This document shows, piece by piece, positions 14,018 to 26,500 of a DNA stretch of 64,000 nt. The stretch is from contig CATNEN010000011.1 in the NCBI GenBank assembly GCA_950097015.1, forward strand, positions 310,001-374,000. Reading direction: 5' to 3'. The notes under the pieces are model-generated. The model saw only the letters and a program-made list of their open reading frames with translations. It did no database searches and was not told the DNA's origin. Both the position numbers and the translations under genes were made by a program. Within the stretch, counting starts at the first letter, position 1, and the number at the start of each line of letters is the position of its first letter. The stretch comes from Macrostomum hystrix. Taxonomy: Eukaryota > Animalia > Platyhelminthes.

Positions 14018-15812
14018 AGTTCGCCAAACACTTCGTTGACTTCTGCTGTGAATTGCACATGGCGGATGACTGCTATGCGATTAGCTTGCGGTGATATAAT
14101 AAGATTTTTTATGCCTCACAAATTTCATACCGACTTCTGGCTCAGTTTTTATGAAAAGAAAAAGTTTCTTATATATTTCGACTTTCTTGACAGCCTCATA
14201 TCCAATATTTAGTAAAAAATACGTCTTATCCCTACGAACCAAGATTTAGATATAAGAAGAAGCTACTCGCTTGTAACCGTGAGTACAAGCGAGCATCGAA
14301 AAATCGTCAAATTCGATAGATTAACTGCTTGGCTGACAAAGCCAGACATGTAAAACATGTTTTAAAACCAGCCATATTCGAACAAGTAAATAAACTAAAA
14401 TAAAATATTGATAATTAGGATTTTCTTTCTTATTTATACAATCAAGCACTGCCTTCTTTGACGCGCTTTTAAAAAACCAACTGCAGAGAAAGAGTGAAAC
14501 CACGTGCAAATTAGATAGATGTGCTTTCCTTCACTGCGATGTAAAGGCCTACCATCATTCAGTGCTATGTCGGGTGTTAGTGGCAGTGGTTAAATTTTGT
14601 TTCAGTTGCAGCAGTTGGCCTATACCATCATTCAATGCGATGTCAACCTACCATACCCCACTGCAAGTTATTAGTATATATTGATAGTGTACAATAGTAT
14701 TCTTAGCTGCTCTGAAGTTTTCCTCATTATATTTTAGGGATGATAAAGCTCAGTATGAATAAACTAAACTTTTGATGGAGCAATAGTTGAAAACACACAC
14801 AGAAACTATTGAATTTGTAATACGCAAAACATGGATTAGACCGAGAAGCTAAAAAACCTGAAATTTCATGATACTTTCAAACGGATAAAGTTGCAATAAA
14901 TCTTAAAACTTTATTTATCAGCATTTACGAGTATATCGTTTAAGACAGTAATAAACTGTCCAGTTATTATAATTTTTGAAACGTTTTGTCTAAATCGGTA
15001 GACTTGACTGAATAAAAAGGTTGCTACAGTTTTACTGAGATATTGTCCGGGAAGCAGCCATAGCATTCTGAGGAAAATTCGAACACTATATCATAAAGCA
15101 CTTATACTAGTAAGTAATGTGTTTTTAGTACAAGCACTAACAGGATTCAGGATATTTTAATCATTTACAAATAGCAATTGTTGTTTTGAATCAGTAAGAC
15201 GACGTTAAAATACGACTAAGTAATAACGAGTAAATGGAAATGTTAAAAACAATCCGAAATCCCTGTTGTTAATGGTAGAGTGATACAACACGCTTCGCGC
15301 ACTCGTGCAGACGTTAACAGCACTTAAAACCAAGTGTTTGACACATTTAAAGTCAATCTAAAAGTCCGGGCTCGTACTATAAAGCTTTCGCTAAGTTCAG
15401 TTTGATCTTAGCTCCTATCTCAGCAGTGTTAAAATTTCAGCTTTATAGTACATGCCCTCTATTTTTTACAAAATATAATCTCACTCGTGTGAATAAACAG
15501 AAGAAACATAACAGCACTAAGCAGGTTTATTTTAACTGATCTTATATTTAGATCTTTTTAGATATCAGGTGGATCTTGACATTCCATCTTAGGCAGTTCT
15601 GTGCCCACCGTCAATTGTAAGCAGTATAAAAAATTGGTTCTAAAAACTATTTTATTCTCAATGAAAATTTCTTTCTGCAGACCCCAAAATGATTTTCGAA
15701 GTACTAAGAAGAGACGGTGGATCTGATATACAAGATGCCTAAATCAGAGAAGTAACCTGATTTGGGCATCCGAGTACAGTGGCAACACAAGACAGACTCG
15801 CGCTAGGCTAGC

Positions 15813-16463
<651 letters not shown>

Positions 16464-19400
16464 TCAACAAGGGCTGAAAACAGTTAATTTCTCTGTAAAT
16501 TAAGTGATATAATATAAGTGTGACCAACAGCATTTCCTATATTTTCATGCAATAAATCACAACTGAGTTGTGATTTTACAAATTGGTTAAACTGTTTAAA
16601 TAATCTGCCAAACACTCACAATGGTGTGCCATTCGGACAAACAGATGCATGTGCATAAATTAAATATTAATATTTAATAAAACTGAAAATTATTTCTTTT
16701 TCAAGCTAAAGATAGCACTATTGCATTGGGATTAGTCAGGATTAAACTAGTGCTAAACATAAAGACAAATTACTTAAATAGAAAAATGTAAAACCTAAAC
16801 AGGATTTCTTGTAGATAATATTGTAGCACTGGATTTTTCCCTTACGTAACTTTCATTTATCAATGACAAGTAAAATTTCTATAAACTAGTACTCATATTA
16901 AATATGCTCAGTTCAAGTGCAGTACTTGCTCAATCCAGACTGCAATGAAGGCTTGGCTTGCTTAACAATATATATTATATTTTCAATCGAGAAAGCCATT
17001 CTCATTCATATCTGTTCAATTGTGCTGAACATAGGAACTACCAAAATTTATACTGCTAATGATCCCTAGGGGGCCTACCTATATTCCAAATCCTGAATAA
17101 AACTACTTAGAGTAGTTTGAAAGCTTATTCAAGGTAAAATGCCAAAACTAAAAAGAACTTATTGTTAAAAGCAGACTTCAGTAGGTGCAATTCTTATAGC
17201 AGACTTTAGAAACAAAGTTCCTGCAATAAAGTTTGGCAAGCTAATGTGCTACAATCATATTTCTTACAAGAAAACTTTGGCAAGCAAACCTTGGCAAACA
17301 GACAAGAGCAAACAAAATTCTTGTAAGCCAATGTTGTATTAGGGGGCCTACCATATGTCCATGAATTCCCAATTGTCAAGGTATCATTTTGCATAGAAAC
17401 TTCTAGCATTATTGTGCACTTGGCATTTTTAGGAAAAAAACTAAGTTGGCATAAGCATAGGCCTATCATGGGGAAAAGAAGTAAAATTATGTGGCATAGC
17501 ATGGTACAAAAAAGAAGAATTGAAATTGAATTCTTATTGCACTGACTGACTTCATTTTTACTTAGATTTCGAATGATGTCTATAAATAGGGGCTTTTTTT
17601 TCTCTGGGACTCACAGTACAAATTTTAGTACTAGACTTTGGCTCACAAGACACAAAGAAAATTGCATGGTAACACTAAATGTTATAGGGTACAAAATCTA
17701 TAATATTGTATATGATCCCGTTATTGGGAAAAGTTTACAATAAAGATAGGCCTATAAGAATTTTAAGTATAAATTAGAGTTTAATTAAGTAGTATTTCCA
17801 CATTATTAAAAGAGCCCCCAAGTTTTTGTCTCTAGTCTAAGATACATAAATACTAAATAGATATGTTTAAAATTTAGCTAGGCAGCCTAGGCCTATGTTC
17901 CCTTAGGCTATAGGCTAGGCCTATACCTATAGTAAAGTTTTAGGCCTATAGTAGAGAATTTATGAAAAAAAACACTTGGTAAGCTGTTTACGGTGTTTAG
18001 GCTAGTTATCTAGACTCAAAAGCTTAACAATTAGGCCTAGGCCTATTATTCCTGGGCCTAGGCCTACAGTCCTACAAAATCATTTGATCAATTCTAGCCT
18101 GGGCTAATAGGCTTCAACCATTAAATCACTCGTACACTTATTCAGTACAAGGACCACTAGGAGTAGAGGAATTTTGATACCACCTAGCACTTGTGCTCTA
18201 GGCCTACAGCCCAGGTCCCTGCTGTGCTGTAGTGCACACCCTGGGTGTGCACTACCCAGAGAGGTTGCTGTCCAGAGAACTGATGGCCTGCGCTGGAATT
18301 CCTGACGTGAGTGTCACCCTCCGCTGGCGCCGACAAATGCTGCTGGGCCTCTGCTTGCAGAGTCATGGCCGCGGCGACCAAGTCCCTTTGGCCCTGGCCC
18401 TCCTGCACCAGACGACAGAGCAGAAGCGCCGAAGCTAAGGGCGAACTGTGACGCTGACTGACTGTTTTATGGCTGACTTGCAGGGGCTGGGTCTCAGTCC
18501 CCAGGCCACAGCTGTCTGCGCCTCCCGTCTGTTTCGCGAGCGTGTGTGCGCAAGTGTGCGCCTGCGTGTCTCGATCTATAGGCCCCTATACCAACTTCTA
18601 GGGGTCCTTGATTCGATGCTCAAATAATCAAATGATTGGTCGTTAAGATAATTTACAATATTTTTGTGTGTTTGCAGTGGAATGTGAGCGAAACCTAAGG
18701 GATGACTCAGACGAATGACAAAACGAGGTGCGTCTTAGGCCCCCGATATTTCGATTCGGATAGTCTTGAAACAAATGACGAATATCAAAACAGAAAAGTC
18801 GCAACAAAAAGCCTCGAAGCAAAGCTAGCTTGCAGAGAAAAAAAGCTATAAAAATAATTTTATATCTTAATATCTTAAATAGTTTGTTTGGAATCTGCTA
18901 CGATAATTTTTCCTAAAGGTTTGTTAAGAATTCTTAACTGCTAATAAGGGTTTTTTAAGGATGGTATTTTCTATGAAATTAAGTAATGTAGCATGGAACG
19001 TTCGGTCGGTCGGTCACACCACAGAATTACTTCATGTTCTGATATAGCAAATGTACACGTCTTTTTTCGTTAATATTACATTACTTTTACTCATAGTACA
19101 CCAATTTCGATATAATCAATTTCGTTTTTTAATAATATTATTTAATATTAGGTTATCATTTTATTAAATCAAGTAAACTTTTACCTAATAAGGCAGCCTC
19201 AGTTAATAGTATTTAAAACAATTATATATATATTGTATTATTAGTAGTTCCTCTCGCTTTTATGAAAAATATACTTAAAATTAGGCACTCGAGCATTTTA
19301 GCCTATAAAACAATCTATGTGTTGTTCAATTTTTAGGCTTGTGTAAAAGCATTTCACAATAGAGTCATTGACAACAAAAATAATAGTAATGATATGTTGG

Positions 19401-20792
19401 CTGCAAGTTGCAATCCTGCATCGTAATCATATTTTTCTCTTCAAATTCTTAGTTCCATTTTCTATAACATACTGAATGCTGTATGACTCTCATGAGTGAT
19501 CTTGATTTGATCAATCATCCTTTTTAATCAATTTGATGTTATCATTTGTTTAATTATGCTAGCTTATATCTAGATTAAATGGTGCTTAGGTGTAATTTTC
19601 ACATGCACTCTGCAATTCAATGCAGTTACTATCTTGCTTAAGCAAATTTATATCAATTAATTCAATCAATCATGACTCATGTCTATCTTTAAGCCTGTTT
19701 TTTTGTTTGTTATTGTACTTGTACATAGACTTGGTCATAAAATCATCAATCTGTTAGTATATTTAGTTAAAAGTTAGTAATACTATTATTTTCTAGCAAT
19801 TTTTTATTTGAACAATTTATACTATCTTTAACAGTAGGACTACCAAGCCATTTTGCTGCCTGTTTTGATACCAGGGAGGGAATACCCCCTGAAAATGTTT
19901 TTGCCAGTGCCTGAATGCTTTGGGGGTGACTGATTGGTTGACAGACTAGTCAAGGGTGTCCTGTGGTTGAGCTGCACCTAATAGTTAGACTTGAACAGTG
20001 AAATTAAAGAAATTCGCGTCAGGGTGTCCATAGTGGCCTAGTTCCACCTGTTGTAGCTCTTAAAGGTCTAGATAGATAAGAGAGATAGATCTAGATAAGG
20101 GTTGGTGACCGCTGAAGTTGGAGATGATGCAAGCACATTTGGGTGACATGCTGATAAAGTTTGAAGGTCTGGAAAGGCCGCACTGAGGCACAGTGCAAAT
20201 TCGTGTATAGGGATCTATGAAATGCACTAGCTCTTATGGGAAAAATCGGATCTTCGGCCAGAAACATTAAATATCTCGACAGTCTGAAGAGCTGGTAACT
20301 TGTTTCTTGTTTCAGAAGGTGCGCAACAAAAAGTTGGCCCGTGTTCTTGAGTTTTGTGTGCTTGCAATGTTCAGTTTGGGGGCAGCAAAAAATTGTCAGG
20401 GGGGCCCCTTGGTAGTTCTACTGTTAACATGTTTCTCAAGGAAATTTCAAGCTATACTTATTGTACAACAAGCAAATACTGAATGTATCTAATATCCCAA
20501 GAAATTAGTATTTATTAATTGTGATAGTGTCAATGATTTCTGAATAAATTAATGCTTTGGGTTAGTATTTTCATAGCTTAATATAATGTTGTAGTGTGAT
20601 ATTTGATGGTATTGGGAATACTTATTTGATTTGTTGTCTTTAGATTGGCAACTGTATTTGGATCTTTTTGTATGCCATTACCCTGTCTTAACTCATTAGC
20701 TACCCTTTTAACCTTACAGTTTTTTAGTGATAAGCCAACATAAATATTTCATTGTCAAAAAAATTGTAAATCTATATTAAGCTGTATATAAC

Positions 20793-23158
20793 ATGGCTGA
20801 CAACTTGTGTGAACAACTAAAAAATCTTGTTCTGTATGGCAACTCAAGCACTGCAGAAGAGGCTATCTCTCTCTACAAGTAAGTTTACATGCAATTACTT
20901 AGCGCCTACCTAATATGAAGTATGCAGAAATGGAATATGGCAATATTCCATTTCCATAAGAGCTCAGTTTCAATTTTTAGGCAGTTAGTCGAGATGGATA
21001 AGTCCGATGTTCGTTCCTGCTTTGACCGAATCGATCTTGCCGACTTAGCCCAGCGAGTCGATACTGCTTTGGGCTCATCTTCGGCGGCAGACTCGGCTCT
21101 TGTCGACGCACTACGCGACATTGGCAGCCTCCTGCTTGCGAGCCGGCCGCCCCTGGATCCTCAGGGCGGCGCGTTGTCTGGCCGACGTCAGAAAGAATTT
21201 CTCCGCGCTTTGGACAACTGCTCGGCTGTTGAAGCCAGAGTCTTCTGCGTGCGACGCCTGACGGAGGCAGCGGAGGCCGCTGCAAAAGTGAGGAGGCTGG
21301 CATCCGGGAAGAGTGAAGCTTGAGTCTACTTGTAATTCAGAACTGTTTCCTAAATTTATTTCTCGCTGTTATTAAGGCTGACTCCGACAACGAAGTGCTA
21401 TGGGACCACGGCTTGCTACGTCGACTTGCCGATCTTCTTGGCTCCGGTTGCGGCGAAGGCGACGGTGACGGCGACGATGACGTGTCGTTAGCCGTTGCGG
21501 CGTCCAAATTCTGGCTAGCCGCAGCCTCTGGAGGTCGAAGCAACGGCCTGGATTGCCGGCTGCTCTCTGGCGACTTGTCCAATGTGTTCGCCGATCGGGT
21601 TTGCCGTCGCGACAGCGCCGTTATTCGAATGCGCGGCCTAGAATTGGCGGCCAGACTGGCCACTAGGAACCCCGCCGCGTTGGTTGCCATGGAGAGCACT
21701 GGGCTGCTAAGCAGATTGGCTGACGATGCGTCCGGAGCGGCGGCTGACCCGCTACTCACAGTCAACTGTCTAGAAGTTCTGGGACTGTTGGCCGAATGCC
21801 ATCATGGACTGGCTTGGCTTCAGTGGTCTGTGTTTTATCACCGCTGCTTAAGCATTATCGCACGCTAAATCATTAGTACTGATTTTATTTCCACCGCCAG
21901 GTCAGGCGTCATGACCCGTCTGGACCAACTACTCGCGCCCAACAACATTGATGTAATCGCTGCCCTGCTCCGTCCTCAGCTAATTCGTCTATTCGGACAA
22001 GTGGCAGCAGCTGCCGAATCGCCAGAAGCCGTCCTGTCTGCCTGTCCGGGCTTCTCGGCCAGCTTGCGCGAATCGCTGGCTTCTAGCTCGCCAGACCAGG
22101 ATGTATTCGTTGCCATGGCAACCATCGGTCATATTGGAGCCGCCTCGCTGGCAGGCAAAGTGGCCCTACAAAGCCGGCCGGAGCTGGTGTCGCCTTTAGC
22201 TGAAATTCTGCGCCGCTCGCCTCGCACGGAGCCTCGCTCACGCGCCCTGGCTGCCATCCGGGAGCTGCTGACGGCATGGCCCAGGCTGGAGGAGTCCACT
22301 GTGACTGCTGAGCGCCTCTGGTCCGGGCCGCTGCATCTACGCCTGGCTGAGATTGACAAATTAGCTAGAGTGCCGTTTCCTGAAATTCGATTTGAGGCGA
22401 TGAGCTTGCTGGCAACTATTGCTGAGCAGGTTAGTTGATGCCGTGCACTAACACTAGGCTGTCGCAACAAAATTTGCCTAGAAAAGGCACCCTATATGAA
22501 ATATCCCAATTATAATAGTCACAATATTTGCAGGCAATATGTGGGCACTGAAGTCTTGTTTTCTGAGAGTCGACACATCCCTCCAGCATAGCTGAATTCG
22601 CCCATTCCGCCAACTACTGAACACACATTAGCACACCGGTTACCTACCTGGTCCGACTCGCACAGGTGTCTTTTTCCTACAGAGAGCAATTTAAACTATG
22701 CTTTAAGGAGTTGGCACTCTAGGGCGTGAATTACACTTCAAGCACTCCACCTTTGCCTAAAACCGCTGATTTGAAGTCAGGGACTTCAGTGCGATAGTCA
22801 AACACGGTACCACATCACCATTCAGCTGCATGCTGCACCCTAACTGCTTTTCATCTTTGTTAATCTATTGTTTCCACGTTTCTATGCAACTTTCCCAATT
22901 TATTGCTATTCACAGGACTGGGGTGCCAGGTTAATCTCTGCGGAGCCAGGCCTCATAGACTTCTTATTGGACCGGAATGCAGAGTCCAGTCACGAATCTG
23001 CAGTCCGCAAGTTTGCCATAGTGGAATCCGCCTGCCGCTGTCCCGGCTTTGCTAGCGGAGTGTTCGATAGTGCTACGCAGCTGCGGCTGCGGCTGCATCT
23101 CAAGCTGGGCGTCTATTATGCCCCGGCTCAGGCCAATGTGGCCACCGAGGATGCTTGA
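20793..23158 (+). CDS. PSMD5: 26S proteasome non-ATPase regulatory subunit 5 (S5b/Hsm3-like chaperone); exons approx. 20793-20878, 20981-21287, 21378-21826, 21901-22428, 22915-23158
   Basis: HEAT/ARM-like helical protein. DPLLTVNCLEVL, RVPFPEIRFEA...IAEQ/DWG and C-terminal LRLRLHLKLGVYY...VATED match PSMD5 as I recall it. Confidence 0.85.
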
Positions 23159-23590
23159 AGATTATTGAAAATAACTGCTCGCAACACATGATTAGGAGTT
23201 CAGTCCTCAGCTTTTAGTTATCAGTTTCCTGTCATATCCTTTTGTATCCTGTAAAATATTCGCTAAGTGCGGATGCATTTTCGACTCGGTAGTTAATGTA
23301 AGCACAAAAAGTCGTATTTTTTATAACTACAGTGCCACTGTCTCGTAAACCCGGAAAAATTTTTTCCAGTTCAGTAAAAAGCTGACAGAATAAACGATTA
23401 TAACTGCCTGCATTCAAGAAACTGTATTCTGGAAAGGTTTTCATTCTTTTGAAACAAAAGCTTAGTAAATATAAGTTTATTACTCATGCATATATTAAAT
23501 AATAATAAATAGGGAGAAGATATTAAACTATTAAACTACCAGATAACTTTCGACAGTTACTAAATTTCTCGATTTCTCACCGCACTTCAG

Positions 23591-26500
23591 ATGTCGCAGG
23601 CCCAGATCTGCTTATTAATTCACTAGAGGCGAGGCGGCCTGTACTACCTCCTGCAGTGATTATCCCGGATAAAGCGTCAATCGCTGCCAAGATTGCTCAT
23701 CTGTTGTCTGCAGTGTCTCCGCCCGGCATGCCCTCCGATGTTCAGGATCCGGTGGCATCGCTGGACAGGCAGCTCAGCCTGGAGTTGGACACTCTATCTC
23801 AGTTGCACAGCAAGAGTCCGAGCTCTTCAATAGTCGGCGGCTACGATAATCCGGCGTTTCGCAACTCCTGCCTCCAGTTGATGACTTCGGCCGCCTACAG
23901 CTGCAGCGCTTCGCCGAGCATCGGCGCTCCAAGGCACTCGGACGAAGCCGGCAGTTCCACCACTGTGCGAGCCAGCTGGTCTTCCGGCTCCGTGGCCGTC
24001 AACGGCCAAGTTGACGTGCTCTCTCCGTCGACAATTTCACCGCCGATGCCGTCCTTGACAGCGTCGTTACCATCATCGCCGACGGGATCGCCTTCGAAGA
24101 CAAACTTCTGGCAGGGCGTGCTCGGCTGCCTCCGGCCTGTGTGGACGGTGCTGAGCGTCCGGGTGGCGGCAGCGGGCGCCGGGCTCAGCAGCGGACGGCA
24201 TCGCACTAATCAACCAGCCCAGCCGTGGACTCTTGACCTCATGGACATCCTGGACTTGCAGTTTCTGGCATCCGGAACTCAGGGCTCCGTGTTCTTGGGC
24301 GTCTATAATGGTCAACAGGTGAGAATGTCTGTACTTTTTGTACTCAGAGACTAGTTTAGTGACATTTCAGTATGGCTCTGTTTCAGTATGGCTTTAGCCA
24401 CGAACTTTTCCCCAGACAGAATTTCTGAGTCCTGGCAGATTCTATTTAAAATTCAAGTTAGGCTTGAATTCAGAAGTTTTCAGTCAGGAGTAGTAGTTTT
24501 GCATGTAATTAGTTCGAAAGGCAATAGTTCATTGGTCTCCCCTCCGCAACTTGCGGTGACTCTTAGCTACTAGCTCGCAGGTTTTAATGTCAGAATCAGT
24601 GAGTAATGAGCCTCGAAGTGCAAAATGCTCGACTTTTAAATTTCGTTAATTGAGACCTGGGCGTGGCGCAGCACAACTGTTTGCTTTGCTCATAACAAAA
24701 TCTAGCTCATTAATTATGCTAATGTGATTCGTTGAAGTCAGCGGCAAGTCCAGCTTGCTGTGGCTTTATTGTTACCGTTGCTTCGTCATTTCCTCTTGCT
24801 ACCCAGGGTATCTAGCTAGGCGTGGAAAGGTGCAGATCCAGGAGTAAGTGCTTTCTATGTGCCCTGGTTGATGCTTTTTTAGCACTAACTCGCGAAGGGC
24901 CAAGTGAAACTCTATCCAGGCTGGATCCAGTATACTTTCTGTTTATCGAATGTAGTTTGAAGGATTCGTGTACACAGAAAATTGTACACAGACATTTTTT
25001 TGCTTCCTTGAGCTCTCTCGCTTGAGCTGCAACAGTTTTTGGGCTGCAACAATAAAGTTGGGAGCCCAGACGGTTCGGGTCGATTTAAGCAATGGTTAAT
25101 CGATTGATTTCCTTCTCTAGTGACTCCAGCACCGTGAGCTTGTGCGAGGACAGAAACTCAGTACAAGCTACTCTGCACTAATCCCCGCCTTGCTCTGCCC
25201 AAGCTAGACCCCACAACTTCACTCTCCCCAACATTGCTAAATCTGCGATTAGGAAGGCTTTCTACCCCATCGGTGGGTGCCTTCTATACTCTCCAACTGC
25301 ATAGTTCCCGTATTCAATGCACAATGAGTGGCACTGTTTGAGTCTGCAGTGAGTTTTAGCAGCCATATGACACTTGCTAATCTTATGCTATTTTTAGTAA
25401 CAAAAACGCTGTCTTTCGTATAAAAAAATGCCTTGTGCATCAAATGAGTTTTCATACTCAAAATTAAGACAGCAACAACGGAACAGAACAATGCAGGGCC
25501 TTTCATGGGAGTAGTGGCTTGAACTAGAAGGGCTAGAACAGATTTTGAGCTTCTATTTATGATTCCGCTTAGCCAGTTTAAAGAAATTCAACGCTAAATG
25601 CTAATTGAAGTTACTCAGGGGTAGCTCAGGGGAATTCTTGCTGGGAATCCTGGAATAGACAAAAGGGATTACCCAAAAAGAATAAAAAAGAAGGGTAAGA
25701 GTAAGACTATTAATCTAGTAGCTAATCAGCGACCTAGGTGCATAGTCCTATCTGAAGGTAGCCATCATCTGCTAAAAGAAAAAAACAAGGCTCTGGCATT
25801 GCCAAAAAAGATAGGACTCACCGGGATTGCCCAAAAGGGATAGGACTCACCGAGATTGCCAAAAGAGATTGCCGAAAAGAATATGACTCAGCGGGATCGC
25901 CAAAAGAGATTAGAGTCACAGGGATTGCCGAAACGGATAGGACTCACCAGGATTGCCCAAAAGGGATAGGACTCACCGGGATAGCCAGGATTAGTAGCGA
26001 TGACTAGATAAGACGAAGTGTCTTAGAAAAAATTAAAAGACTCATGAAAAAGCAATGCTAGCAAATCTACCCGGTCGCCTTTCACTCAGGTGGCAATGAA
26101 GAAGTTCAACGAGCCGCCGGACGTACAGCTCCGGGAGCTTCGCCACCTGGCCAGCCTGCGGCATCCCAACGTGGTCCGCTTCATCGGCTGCATCGACGCG
26201 AACATCTCCCTGGTGATGGAATTCTGCCAGCATGGCAACCTATTCGATTACTACAACAATCCGGCCACGTGCATCTCGGCAGCCCGGGTGGCTGACTGGG
26301 CCCGCCAGCTGGCCGACGGCATGGCCTACCTGCACTGGAATCGTATTGTGCACGGCGATTTGAAGAGTCCAAACATTCTGCTGTGCGAGTTGGACACGCT
26401 CAAGATTTCCGACTTTGGTCTGGTGAGGCTGCCTAGTGATGCGGACCATAGACAGCAGCAGCAGCAGCAGCTGTACGGCACTGTGCGCTGGATGTCACCT

